A stretch of DNA of 64,000 nt from an uncultured delta proteobacterium. Its GTDB lineage: Bacteria; Desulfobacterota; Binatia; Binatales; Binataceae. Shown one piece after another: positions 34,952 through 46,964 of this stretch; position 1 is the first letter of the stretch, and each line of letters starts with the position of its first letter. A program made the translations under genes and the position numbers. The notes beneath the pieces were generated by a model, which saw nothing but the letters and a program-made list of their open reading frames with translations, searched no databases and was not told where the DNA came from. The stretch covers positions 384,001 through 448,000 of the forward strand of contig CAVQEQ010000001.1 in the NCBI GenBank assembly GCA_963711565.1, read 5' to 3'.

Positions 34952-35029
34952 CACAAGCTCCTAACTATAGTAGGGATAATCTGTGGCTCGTCTGCGCTTA
35001 GGATTTGACTGGCCTGCGCGCAGATAGCT

Positions 35030-35227
35030 TCACCGCTTGTCGAGGATCCTGATCAACTTCTCCGTATACGCGACCAGATCGCGGCAATTCGAGCACTTGA
35101 TGCTCTGAACTCCGTTCTCCTCGATGTAAACGAGCATCGTTTTCCCGCCGCATTTGGCACAAGTCAAAACGTCATCCGCAGGATCGATCTGATTTCGCCT
35201 TATCCATCGAATGAACCGATTCCTCAC
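35030..35227 (-). CDS. 65-aa zinc-ribbon protein
   Basis: CAKC ... CSNC pairs; AGGAGG RBS directly upstream of the GTG. Confidence 0.65.
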   Translation of the reverse strand: MRNRFIRWIRRNQIDPADDVLTCAKCGGKTMLVYIEENGVQSIKCSNCRDLVAYTEKLIRILDKR

Positions 35228-35287
35228 GAAGTCCTCCTGTTCGTCGCCGCTTCCGCGATGCCATCAGTCTAATGTAATACCGAGCGC

Positions 35288-35593
35288 ATGAGGCTCCGCC
35301 ACGCCGACGCGCTCGTGCTTGTGGGCTGGTATCTACTGATGCCGCCGTGGATCGGTCCCACATTGGACTTAAGGACGCCGCTATCAAAATGGGTGAATCA
35401 AGGCTCATTCGACTCGGACGAACAATGTGAAAATGCGAGGGCTGATCTCATAAACGGCTTCAAAGGCGATCTCGACACGGCGGAAGGCAAAGCACCAGAC
35501 TCCGAAGATGTGGCGATGTTGCAAATGGCCGACGAAGTGGAAGAGGAGTCAGAGTGCGTCGCGACTGACGATCCGCGTCTCAAACCGAAATAA
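35288..35593 (+). CDS. 101-aa membrane-anchored/secreted hypothetical protein
   Basis: Hydrophobic ALVLVGWYLLMPP, PLSKW, two Cys, C-terminal CVATDDPRLK. Confidence 0.7.
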   Translation: MRLRHADALVLVGWYLLMPPWIGPTLDLRTPLSKWVNQGSFDSDEQCENARADLINGFKGDLDTAEGKAPDSEDVAMLQMADEVEEESECVATDDPRLKPK

Positions 35594-35659
35594 GAGATTC
35601 TCATCTTCAAACTCAGCCGCCCAGAGACCGAGCTGAGGCAGCACCCGGCCGCCGCCGCA

Positions 35660-35688
35660 TTGACAGCCGCCGAAGCGTGCCCTAGCCT
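35660..35688 (+). promoter_or_regulatory. Sigma70-type promoter for the ffh-rpsP cluster
   Basis: TTGACA (35660-35665)-N17-TAGCCT (35683-35688). Confidence 0.55.
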
Positions 35689-35768
35689 TGACGGTTTGCT
35701 ATATTATTTTACTCACCAGCTTGGGCCGGAGCTTGTTACCTCGACCCGCCGCAACCGAGTTTTTACCC

Positions 35769-37109
<1,341 letters not shown>

Positions 37110-37129
37110 AATAGTAACAGGAGAATCGC

Positions 37130-37384
37130 ATGGGACTTGTAATCCGGCTGCGCCGCCATGGAGCGCGCAAGAAACCTTTTTACCGCATCGTGGTGGCTGA
37201 CTCGCGATCGCCGCGCGACGGGCGCTTCGTCGCCCAGGTCGGGACCTATGATCCCGCGTTCGATCCGCCGCGCGTCACGATCAAAAAGGACGTCGCGGAC
37301 CAATGGCTCAAGGCGGGGGCGAAGCCAAGCGACACGGTAAGGAAGTTAATCAAACGGGCCGAAACAGCAACGGTCTCCGCCTGA
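37130..37384 (+). CDS. rpsP: 30S ribosomal protein S16
   Basis: [29 protein letters not shown]; AGGAG RBS. Confidence 0.97.
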   Translation: MGLVIRLRRHGARKKPFYRIVVADSRSPRDGRFVAQVGTYDPAFDPPRVTIKKDVADQWLKAGAKPSDTVRKLIKRAETATVSA

Positions 37385-37411
37385 TGCGACCCGCTGCAAC
37401 GGAGCCATCCT

Positions 37412-37648
37412 ATGAAGGAGCTCGTTCAGTTTCTCGCGCAACAACTGGTAAACGACCCTAGCGCGGTGGACGTGAAGGAGACGCAGGGCGATACCGCCTC
37501 GGTGCTCGAGCTGCGCGTGGCGAAGGAAGATTTGGGCCGCGTGATCGGCAAGCAGGGGCGGACCGCGAAGTCGATCCGCACGATCCTGAACGCGGTCGCC
37601 TCACGCACCAATCGCAAGGTCGTGCTCGAGATCGTCGAGGACCGGTGA
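37412..37648 (+). CDS. khpA: KH-domain RNA-binding protein (KhpA/UPF0109)
   Basis: DLGRVIGKQGRTAKSIR; conserved position between rpsP and rimM. Confidence 0.93.
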   Translation: MKELVQFLAQQLVNDPSAVDVKETQGDTASVLELRVAKEDLGRVIGKQGRTAKSIRTILNAVASRTNRKVVLEIVEDR

Positions 37649-37697
37649 CCGCACCAGTCGTTGCGATATCTTTCGTGAAGCTGGTCGTACCGGCACG

Positions 37698-38213
37698 GTG
37701 ATGCCGGGATCGACGCTGCACGTCGGCCGCATCACCGGCGCCCACGGGCTGAAGGGCGCTCTCCGATTCCGGCCCGACAATCCCGACTCCGACACATTGG
37801 AACAGGTCAAGCGTGTTTTCCTCGAACGCGACGGCGCATCGCGCGAGTTCCGGCTGACCACGATAACGCCGCTCAACGCGAGAACGTGGCGAATCACGCT
37901 CGAGGGCGTCGCGGACATCGACGCGGCCGAGGCGCTCAAGGGCGCGGTCGTCATGCTCGCGGCGGAGGACGTGCCGCCAGCGAAGCCGGGCGAGTTCTAC
38001 TACTACGAAGCGATCGGGTGCCAGGTATTTCTGACCGACGGCAGCCGCCTCGGCGCGATCGAAGAAGTCTTCTCGAACGGCGCGCAAGACATCTGGGTCG
38101 TGCGCGACGGCGAGCGCGAAGTGCTGGTCCCGGTGATCGAAGACGTCGTCAAAACGATGGACCTCGCGGGACGGCGCGTCACGATCGAGCCGATTCCCGG
38201 CCTGCTCGACTGA
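37698..38213 (+). CDS. rimM: Ribosome maturation factor RimM
   Basis: VGRITGAHGLKG, GEFYYYEAIG, GAQDIWVV, IPGLLD. Confidence 0.95.
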   Translation: MMPGSTLHVGRITGAHGLKGALRFRPDNPDSDTLEQVKRVFLERDGASREFRLTTITPLNARTWRITLEGVADIDAAEALKGAVVMLAAEDVPPAKPGEFYYYEAIGCQVFLTDGSRLGAIEEVFSNGAQDIWVVRDGEREVLVPVIEDVVKTMDLAGRRVTIEPIPGLLD

Positions 38214-38248
38214 GCATCCGGCAGCCGGATAGATTTAGATTCGTCGCG

Positions 38249-38935
38249 ATGGAATTTCACGTAATCACACTGTTCCCCGAGATGTTCGAGTCGCCGTTTC
38301 GCGGCGGCATGATCGGACGCGCCGTCGAGCAGGGACTGATTGCGATCAAGGCACATCCGCTGCGCGAGCATGGCCTCGGCAACTATCGGCAAGTCGATGA
38401 CGCACCGTACGGCGGCGGCAGCGGAATGGTGATGCGGCCCGAGCCGATTGCCGCCGCGATCGACGCAGTGAATGCGGAGCGGCCGGGTCTGTGGCGCATC
38501 CTGATGACGCCGCAGGGCGAAGTGTTCGACAACTCGATGGCGCGCGACCTCGCCAAGCGCGCGCCCGGCTTGATGATCGTCGCGGGGCGCTACGAAGGAA
38601 TCGACGAGCGCGTGCGCACGCTGGTCGACCAGGAAATTTCCATCGGCGACTACGTGCTAAGTGGCGGCGAAATCCCGGCGATGGCGGTGATCGAGGCAGT
38701 CGGCAGGATGATACCGGGCGTGCTCGGCAATCCCGAATCGCTCGACGAGGAATCGTTCGCGGCGGGGATGCTTGAGTATCCGCAATACACGCGGCCGGAG
38801 GAGTTTCGCGGGATGACGGTGCCTGAAATCCTGCTCAGCGGCGACCACGCCAAGATTCGCGCGTGGCGCGAGGCCGAAGCGAAACGGCGCACGGCGCGGC
38901 GGCGCCCCGATCTGTTGGAGCGGCGCAAGTTCTGA
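38249..38935 (+). CDS. trmD: tRNA (guanine37-N1)-methyltransferase
   Basis: TLFPEMF, VDDAPYGGG.GM, GRYEGIDERV, SIGDYVLSGGE, EYPQYTRP. Confidence 0.97.
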   Translation: MEFHVITLFPEMFESPFRGGMIGRAVEQGLIAIKAHPLREHGLGNYRQVDDAPYGGGSGMVMRPEPIAAAIDAVNAERPGLWRILMTPQGEVFDNSMARDLAKRAPGLMIVAGRYEGIDERVRTLVDQEISIGDYVLSGGEIPAMAVIEAVGRMIPGVLGNPESLDEESFAAGMLEYPQYTRPEEFRGMTVPEILLSGDHAKIRAWREAEAKRRTARRRPDLLERRKF

Positions 38936-38937
38936 GC

Positions 38938-39495
38938 GTGTCCGATTTATTCGTAGCGCTGATTCATCATCCGGTCGTCAATCGGAACGCCGAGACCGTC
39001 ACGTCGGCGATCACCAGCCTCGACATTCACGACATCGCGCGCGCGTCGCGAACCTACGACGTTCGCGGCGTGTTCATCGTTCATCCGATTCCCGAGCAGC
39101 GGAAATTCGCGGCGAGCGTGATCGATCATTGGCGCTTCGACTTCGGCCGCGCGCACGATTCGCGCCGTCGCGAGGCGCTCGAGCGCGTGCAAATTGTCGC
39201 GGAGCTCGACGACGCGATCGCGGAGGCATCGCGAATCTCCGGCGCCCGCCCGCTAATCGTGCATACGTCGGCTCGCACAGAAGGCGGCACCAGTTACGCC
39301 GATTTGCGCGCGCGGCTGGATACTCTCGACGCGCCGCCGATGATGATCCTGTTCGGAACAGGATTTGGAATGTCGCCCGAGGTGGCAGCGCGCGCCGACA
39401 TCGTACTCGCGCCAATCGTAGGTCCCGGCGATTACAATCACCTGTCAGTGCGCTCCGCTGCTGGAATTATTTTAGATCGTCTCCGCGGCAAGTGA
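38938..39495 (+). CDS. SPOUT-type SAM-dependent RNA methyltransferase (DUF2168-like)
   Basis: ALIHHPVV, TSAIT.LDIHDIAR..RTY, FGTGFG, YNHLSVRSA; follows trmD. Confidence 0.88.
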   Translation: MSDLFVALIHHPVVNRNAETVTSAITSLDIHDIARASRTYDVRGVFIVHPIPEQRKFAASVIDHWRFDFGRAHDSRRREALERVQIVAELDDAIAEASRISGARPLIVHTSARTEGGTSYADLRARLDTLDAPPMMILFGTGFGMSPEVAARADIVLAPIVGPGDYNHLSVRSAAGIILDRLRGK

Positions 39496-39515
39496 TCCTC
39501 TGTCGCCCCATTTTT

Positions 39516-39695
39516 GTGTCATTCAGAGCCGCTGCGGCGAAGAATCCCGGACTCGCCGGTCCGAGGAGCGTTCGAGACTCGGACCTTGGCACAGCCTCTC
39601 CGAAACGTGTCCAAGCGCCGCCGAGGTCCGTGGATCGAATGAATCTCGGCATTCGCGCGTCCGAGATTCTTCGCCGCGGCGGCTCTGAATGACAC
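39516..39695. mobile_element. MITE/REPIN-like element bounded by family A repeats
   Basis: 36-bp terminal inverted repeats (39516-39551 and 39660-39695) with 2 mismatches; no coding capacity. Confidence 0.75.
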
Positions 39696-39726
39696 GGGAG
39701 ATGCGAAGCTGGATTGTCTCGATGGA

Positions 39727-40281
39727 TCAGGCCGCGGGTAGCGCGCGCAGCTTCTCCACGAAGCGTCGCATATGCGGGTCGGACCGCTCGAACGGAATCT
39801 CATCGAAGCTGAACCATCGCACGCTGTGAAACTCGCCGCGATCGAATTCAATCACCCGCGTGCTGTCGCCGCGGAGCAAATACCAGAGCGATACATCGGT
39901 ATGCGTACCATGGCCCGCGGTCAGCGTTGCCGTGATGAACAAGGGATCGGGACGCACGAAATCCGCCGCGAGGTTCAGCTCTTCCACTAGCTCTCTATCC
40001 ACGGTTGCACGCGGATGCTCATCGGGCTCGACGTGGCCGCCGCTCGGCAGCCACAATCCTGCGAGCTTGTGATCGACGAGCAAGAGCTTCCCGCGATCTT
40101 CATCGACGAGAGCGAAGTAACTCACCAGATGCTTGGGCGGGATGTCCGGCTTCTGAATCCGGAAGATAGGCGCACCCGAACGAATCCATTCGAGCGTCGA
40201 GGCGCGATGCGCCCGCTCGAGCTCGTCGAGCGGCTCAATTGCCTCAACTATTTCGGCGATTTTATCGCGCACGGAATGCAC
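39727..40281 (-). CDS. NUDIX hydrolase (start uncertain)
   Basis: HLVSYF, WLPSGGHVEPDEHPRATVDRELVEEL, HTDVSLWY, DPHMRRF. Confidence 0.85.
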   Translation of the reverse strand: MHSVRDKIAEIVEAIEPLDELERAHRASTLEWIRSGAPIFRIQKPDIPPKHLVSYFALVDEDRGKLLLVDHKLAGLWLPSGGHVEPDEHPRATVDRELVEELNLAADFVRPDPLFITATLTAGHGTHTDVSLWYLLRGDSTRVIEFDRGEFHSVRWFSFDEIPFERSDPHMRRFVEKLRALPAA

Positions 40282-40383
40282 AACCCGCGAGAATACCGCC
40301 CCTGAAATCTGCGCACCACCACCCATTGAGTGCGCGCGCGCATTTGGGTAGGTTTAGGGGCTCGACTCGAGGTCTTTCTTCCC

Positions 40384-40728
40384 ATGAATACCGTTATCCA
40401 GAAGCTCGAAGAGCGGGGCCTGCGCAAGGACCTGCCCGAATTCCGCGTCGGCGACTCGGTTCGCGTTCACGTCAAGGTCGTCGAAGGCGAGAAGGAGCGC
40501 ATCCAGTCCTTCGAAGGCATCGTGATCAAGATCAACCGGGGCGCCAGCCGCGCGACATTTACCGTCCGCAAGATTTCCTACGGCGTCGGCGTCGAGCGAA
40601 TCTTCCCGATGCATTCGCCGCGAATCGACCGCATGCAGGTTCTGACGCGCAATCGCGTGCGCCGCGCGCGCCTGTACTATCTGCGCAATCTGTCGGGCAA
40701 AGCGGCGCGCCTCAACGTCGCGACCTGA
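40384..40728 (+). CDS. rplS: 50S ribosomal protein L19
   Basis: [46 protein letters not shown]. Confidence 0.97.
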   Translation: MNTVIQKLEERGLRKDLPEFRVGDSVRVHVKVVEGEKERIQSFEGIVIKINRGASRATFTVRKISYGVGVERIFPMHSPRIDRMQVLTRNRVRRARLYYLRNLSGKAARLNVAT

Positions 40729-40744
40729 GCGCCGGCCTTCCCGA

Positions 40745-41143
40745 TCAGCGGTCGTTGGACGCGGTCTTCTCGTCGGAGAATCGCGTCATGCGTATGTTGC
40801 CGTCCAGGTAGGCGCCTTCGGATATCGTCAGGTTGCGCGTCTCGATATTTCCGAAAACTTTGGCGCGCGGGCCGAGCACCACGCGATCGCATCCGACCAG
40901 GTCTCCACGCAGCTCACCCATTATCAGCAGCCGCGGCGCGAAGACTTTGCCCTCGATCATTCCCTCTTCGCCGACCACGACCAGCTCGACCGAGCGCACC
41001 TCGCCGCGGAAACGGCCCTCGATTCTCACCGGTTCGTGAAAGATCAGTTTGCCCGACACGTTGACGTTGCGGCCGACCGCGACGCGCGTCCGCGCCTCCG
41101 CCCATGCCGCTCCTGCATCCTGCGGTATCTGTGTTGATTCCAT
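40745..41143 (-). CDS. Bactofilin (polymer-forming cytoskeletal) family protein
   Basis: Beta-helix pattern VRIEGRFRGEV...VGEEGMIEG...G.L.G...AKVFGNI....L.I.EGA.LDG. Confidence 0.85.
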   Translation of the reverse strand: MESTQIPQDAGAAWAEARTRVAVGRNVNVSGKLIFHEPVRIEGRFRGEVRSVELVVVGEEGMIEGKVFAPRLLIMGELRGDLVGCDRVVLGPRAKVFGNIETRNLTISEGAYLDGNIRMTRFSDEKTASNDR

Positions 41144-42143
41144 ACATCACGGGGCCGGAAAAACGTGACAAGCCACCGCGTGGCCGCCGCGCCCCGGTTC
41201 CAATTTGGGTTCGACGTTACTGCACACATCTTTCGCATAAGGGCATCTTGGATGGAAGGCGCAGCCGGGCGGCGGGTTCATCGGACTCGGCATTTCGCCG
41301 GGCAGCTTGACGCGCTCGGGCTTGTGCGCGGCATCGATCGTCGGAATCGCGGAGAGCAGCGCGCGCGTGTAAGGATGCCGCGGGTTCAGGTAAATCTCGT
41401 CGCGCGACGCGATTTCGACAATCTTGCCGAGATACATGATCGCCACGCGATTGCTGATGTGTTCGACCACGCGCAAGTCGTGCGCGATGAACAGGTAAGT
41501 GAGTTTCAGCTTCTCCTGCAGGTCCTGCAGCAGGTTGATAATCTGCGCCTGGATCGAAACGTCGAGCGCTGAGACCGGCTCGTCGAGCACCAGGAAGCGC
41601 GGATTCACCGCGAGCGCCCGCGCAATACCGATTCGCTGGCGCTGCCCGCCCGAAAATTCGTGCGGCAGGCGATCCATCGCGTCGGCGCTCATCCCGACCA
41701 TCGCGAGCAGCTCGACGATTCGCTCTTCCTTTTCGCGGCCGTGCGCGAGTTTGTGAATCTCGATCCCTTCGCCGACGATCGATCGCACGCGCATCCGCGG
41801 ATTCAACGACGCGTACGGGTCCTGGAACACGAGCTGCATCTGCTGGCGCAGCGAGCGGAGTTCCGCGCGCCCGATCGTCGCGAGATCGCGGCCGTCGAAA
41901 TACACGGCACCTTCGGTCGGCTCGAGCAGCTTCAGAATCAGCCGCCCCAGCGTCGATTTGCCGGAGCCCGACTCGCCGACCAGTCCCAGTGTCTCGCCGG
42001 GCTGAATTTCCAGGTTGACGCCGGCGACCGCTTTTATCGACAGCGCTTTTCCGCCGATGATTCCCGTCGATCCCGCGGGGAACTCCTTGCTGAGATGCTC
42101 GACACGAACCAGCGGCGCGCCGGACGCGGTGGTCGAGATCGGA

Positions 42144-43106
<963 letters not shown>

Positions 43107-43126
43107 GTGAGGTTCAGAGTATCAGA

Positions 43127-44209
43127 TCACGCGGCGGTGGCGGGATCGAGGCGGTCGCGCAGATGGTCGCCTAGAAAATTGAAGGACATTACGGCGAGGA
43201 AAATGAAGATGCCGGGGATCAGTATCCACGGGTAGCGGGCGAGGTTCTGGACGTCCTGCGCTTGCGCCAGCAGGTTGCCCCAGCTTGCGGCCGGTTCCTG
43301 GATGCCGAGGCCGAGCAGCGACAACGCGCTTTCGCCGAGGATGAAGCCCGGGATCGACAGCGTGGCGGCGACGATCGCGTAGCCCATCACCGACGGGATG
43401 ATGTGGCGCGTGATGATGCGCCATCGCGACGCGCCCAGCGCGCGCGCCGCCTCGACGTACGGCCGCGAGCGCACCGATGAGGCCATCCCGCGGATGATTC
43501 GCGCGAAGCCGGCCCAGCTGATGAAGCTCATGATCGCCACGATCATGAAAAACGTCGTGACCGTGCTCAAGCCCGACGGAATCACCGCCGCCAGCGCGAG
43601 CAGAAAATAAAAGGACGGCAGCGACATCTCGATTTCGGACCATCTCATGATCAGGAAATCGACCGTCCCGCCGAGGTAGCCCGACAGCGCGCCGATCGTG
43701 ATGCCGAGCGAGAAGGTGATCAGCACGCCGATCAAGCCGACGCACATGCTCACCCGCGAGCCGTACACGATGCGCGAGTAGAGGTCGCGCCCGAGGCCGT
43801 CGCTGCCGAGCATGAAGTACGGCTCGCTCTCGCTGTCGGTGGTGAACAGGTGGCCGTGCGAGAACAGGTGGATGTCGAGCCGTTGAGAAGTGTCGGCAGC
43901 GAACGTGCGCGCGGTCGCGTCCTGCATGTGCATCGGATGGCTGTAGAAGATCGAGCGCGACCATTCGGACGGCGCGCTCAGGTGCAGCGACATCGGCGGG
44001 CAATCGGGCATCTCGCGGTTCTGATAAGCCGGATCGTAGCTCGCGAAGAACGGCGACGCCGCGGCGAGCAGGTAGAATAGCGCCAGGCAGAACGCGGAAA
44101 AGCGGACCGTCCACGATGCGAGGCGCCACTCGCGCGCCACGCTCGCGCTCTTTCGCGCGGACACCGCGGCGGCCTGGAGATTCGCCGGCATCGTGGCTTC
44201 GGCGTTCAT
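43127..44209 (-). CDS. Peptide ABC transporter permease (OppC)
   Basis: LGSDGLGRDLYSRIVYGSR, EAA motif YVEAARALGA, ESALS.LGLG, FNFLGD.LRD. Confidence 0.94.
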   Translation of the reverse strand: MNAEATMPANLQAAAVSARKSASVAREWRLASWTVRFSAFCLALFYLLAAASPFFASYDPAYQNREMPDCPPMSLHLSAPSEWSRSIFYSHPMHMQDATARTFAADTSQRLDIHLFSHGHLFTTDSESEPYFMLGSDGLGRDLYSRIVYGSRVSMCVGLIGVLITFSLGITIGALSGYLGGTVDFLIMRWSEIEMSLPSFYFLLALAAVIPSGLSTVTTFFMIVAIMSFISWAGFARIIRGMASSVRSRPYVEAARALGASRWRIITRHIIPSVMGYAIVAATLSIPGFILGESALSLLGLGIQEPAASWGNLLAQAQDVQNLARYPWILIPGIFIFLAVMSFNFLGDHLRDRLDPATAA

Positions 44210-44210
44210 C

Positions 44211-45191
44211 TCACTCGGCCGCCACCGACGAAAAATCGACCCGCGGATCGACCGCGACCAGCGCGATGTCGGCGATCAGGTTGCCGACCAGCAACAGGAT
44301 CGTGCCCATCAGCACCGAGCCCATCACGAGGTAGATGTCGAGCGAGCGCACTGCGTCGAGCATCAGCAGGCCGAGCCCTTGCAGGTTCATTACGGCCTCG
44401 ACCAAGGCGGCGCCGCCGAGCAGGTCGCCCAGCGAATATCCCGCCATCGTGACGAACGGATTCATCGCGTTGCGCAGCACGTGCTTGTAGATGACGACGC
44501 GCTCGGACAGTCCCTTGGCGCGCGCCGTCCGCACGAATTCAGAATTTTTGATTTCGAGAATTTGTGAGCGCATCAGGCGCATCAGGCCCGCGGTGCCGGA
44601 GATGCCGAGCACGAAAACCGGCAGGATGAGATGGTTGATGCGATCGGCAACCTGGTTCAGGGGACTGAGCGTCGCGTAGTCGGGCGAGTAGGTGCCGCCA
44701 ATCGGGAACCATCCGGTTTTGAGCGCGAGGTACATCATGAGGAAGGCGAGAAAAAAGCTCGGCACCGACATCCCGAAGAACGCCATGAACGAAAGGAAGC
44801 GATCCCAGATCGAGTTCTGATTCACGGCGACGATGATGCCGATCGGAATCGCGATCACCCATGAGAGAAGCATGCTGCTCGCCGCCAGGATGATCGTGTT
44901 GAAGGCGCGCGACGCGATCAGGCCGGTGACGCTCACGCGGTACTGGAGCGAGAAACCAAAATTCAGGTGCAGAACGCCCCACAGCCACTTGAAGTAGCGC
45001 ACCATCAACGGTTGATCGAGGCCGAACTGCGCCTCGAGCTGATGAATCACTTCGGGCGTAATGGTCGGGTTGAGCTTGAGATTCGAGACGAAGTCGCCCG
45101 GCACCAGCGACATCGCGAGAAACGAAATGAAGGTGATCCCGAGGATGAGCGGGATCATGTTGAGCAGGCGACGGATCAGAAAGCGGGTCAT
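44211..45191 (-). CDS. Peptide ABC transporter permease (OppB)
   Basis: FLIRRLL, FGLDQP, HLILP, FVRTARAKGL, KHVLRNA, DPRV. Confidence 0.94.
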   Translation of the reverse strand: MTRFLIRRLLNMIPLILGITFISFLAMSLVPGDFVSNLKLNPTITPEVIHQLEAQFGLDQPLMVRYFKWLWGVLHLNFGFSLQYRVSVTGLIASRAFNTIILAASSMLLSWVIAIPIGIIVAVNQNSIWDRFLSFMAFFGMSVPSFFLAFLMMYLALKTGWFPIGGTYSPDYATLSPLNQVADRINHLILPVFVLGISGTAGLMRLMRSQILEIKNSEFVRTARAKGLSERVVIYKHVLRNAMNPFVTMAGYSLGDLLGGAALVEAVMNLQGLGLLMLDAVRSLDIYLVMGSVLMGTILLLVGNLIADIALVAVDPRVDFSSVAAE

Positions 45192-45236
45192 CGTGTCATC
45201 GGCCTGATATTTCGACGTGCGCGCCGCGCCGGATGT

Positions 45237-46964
45237 TCAGTCGGCCTTGAATTCCATCCACTCCGATTTGTACAGGCCCCACACCTTGGGTTGATAGTAT
45301 TCGAGCGAGTTTTTCCACGACGCATAGCGCTGCTGGCGCACCGTTTCGAGTATCGGCAGCTGGTCGTGCAGGATTTGCTGGATTTTCCAGTAGTACGGCG
45401 GGCGCTTGGTGATATCCATCTCGGACGCGCCCTCGTCCAGCAGCGTGTCGATCTCCGCCTCCCACGGCGTGGCGGGCGTGGGCTGATTCGGATCCCAGAT
45501 ATGCAGGTTGCCCGACGAGCGATAAAAGTTCTGGCCGTCGTTCGGCTCGATGCCGCCGGTGAATCCGATCAGCACGCAATCCCAGTCGAACGACGAATCG
45601 AGCTTGTCGACCAGCGTCGTGAACTCGAGCGGCCGATAGTTCACCTTGATGCCGAGGCTCTCGACGTCCTGCTTGAAGATGGTGCACATCTGGTCGCGCT
45701 CGGGCGAGCCGGTGTTGGTAGTGAGATCGAATTCGAGCCGATTGCCTTTCGGATCGGTTCGCACGCCCGGTTTGACGAGATGATAGCCGGCCGCCTCGAG
45801 CATGTCCGCAGCCAGTTTCGGATCGTAGTCGTAATCCTTGAGATCCGGATTGTAGAAGATTTTGTTCTCGGGCGAGATATCCGAGACGGCGGACTCCGCG
45901 AGCTGGTGAAAGACCAGCTCGATGATCGATTTCTTGTCGATCATGTGCGCCATCGCCTGCAGGAACTTCAGATCGGTGAACCAGTTGAGTTTCGGATTGG
46001 TCACACCGTTTTTGACGAAGTGGCGCGGGTTGCGATTGAAGCTGAAGAACAGCGAGCCGGTGTCGATACCAATTTTATCGACCGTGATGTCGAGTTCGTG
46101 GTTCTTCACCTTGTCCTGCAGCGGCGAAACCTCCTCGGTGCGCGGACCGTATACGTCGATCTGCCCCGACAGGTAGCGCAGGTAGGCGGCGTTCTGATCC
46201 TGCACGACCGTCACGCTCTTCCCGTGCAGGCGCGGCAACTGGCCGCCATGCTCGTCCTTCATCCAATAGTCGTCGTTGCGATCGTAGTTGACCACCTGGC
46301 TCTGCGCGTAACGCATCATCTTGTACGCGCCGTCGCCGATGATTTTCTCCGGCGGAGTGTCGATGCCCCAGGTATGATTGAAGTTTCCGGCCTTCCACAC
46401 CGGTTCGAGAATGTGCGCCGGCATCACCTGGATGCCGAGCGAATAGAGCAGCGGCGCGAACGGCTTGGGCAGGTGCATGACGACGGTGTAATCGTCGGGC
46501 GCCTCGGCTGCGATGCGCTGATGGTCGATAGTGATCGCGGGACGGATGCTGTTCGGCACTTTCGGATCGTAGATGACGTCGAGCGTGAACAGGACGTCGT
46601 GCGCTGTCACCGGCTGGCCGTCAAACCATTTCGCGTCGTGACGGAGATGAAACGTGATCGATTTGTTGTCGGGCGCGATCTCCCATTTCTCGGCCAGCCC
46701 GGCCTCCGGCAACGTCGTGACGGGGTTGATGCGGAGCAGGCTCTCGAACAAATCGCCGGTGAGCTCGCCCGAGGTCGCGTCGGTGATCAGAATCGGATTG
46801 AAGGTGCGCGGATCGCTGGCGACGGCAGTGTACAGGATTTGATTCTTCGCGTGATCGCTGTCGGGCCGGCTCACGTGGCATCCGGCGAGAATCGCGAGCG
46901 CCGACAGAGCGATCGCGCTGGTGATCGTCCGTAAAATCCGGTTGCTCGGGCTTTTAGCTTTCAT
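45237..46964 (-). CDS. Peptide ABC transporter substrate-binding lipoprotein (family 5)
   Basis: Lipobox LAGC, DPRTFNP, LAEKWE, W.DGQPVTA.DV.FT; start approximate. Confidence 0.93.
   Translation of the reverse strand: MKAKSPSNRILRTITSAIALSALAILAGCHVSRPDSDHAKNQILYTAVASDPRTFNPILITDATSGELTGDLFESLLRINPVTTLPEAGLAEKWEIAPDNKSITFHLRHDAKWFDGQPVTAHDVLFTLDVIYDPKVPNSIRPAITIDHQRIAAEAPDDYTVVMHLPKPFAPLLYSLGIQVMPAHILEPVWKAGNFNHTWGIDTPPEKIIGDGAYKMMRYAQSQVVNYDRNDDYWMKDEHGGQLPRLHGKSVTVVQDQNAAYLRYLSGQIDVYGPRTEEVSPLQDKVKNHELDITVDKIGIDTGSLFFSFNRNPRHFVKNGVTNPKLNWFTDLKFLQAMAHMIDKKSIIELVFHQLAESAVSDISPENKIFYNPDLKDYDYDPKLAADMLEAAGYHLVKPGVRTDPKGNRLEFDLTTNTGSPERDQMCTIFKQDVESLGIKVNYRPLEFTTLVDKLDSSFDWDCVLIGFTGGIEPNDGQNFYRSSGNLHIWDPNQPTPATPWEAEIDTLLDEGASEMDITKRPPYYWKIQQILHDQLPILETVRQQRYASWKNSLEYYQPKVWGLYKSEWMEFKAD

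Noticed and set aside
35594-35768. SRP RNA (ffs) next to ffh
   Set aside because: No helix-8 motif (CAGG..GNRA..AGCAG stem) found on either strand
44967-46934. 655-aa ORF antisense to the ABC substrate-binding gene, and many similar long shadow ORFs (for example 2621-3802, 14148-15299, 42015-43235)
   Set aside because: Expected by-product of GC-rich codon bias on the opposite strand; no recognisable motifs
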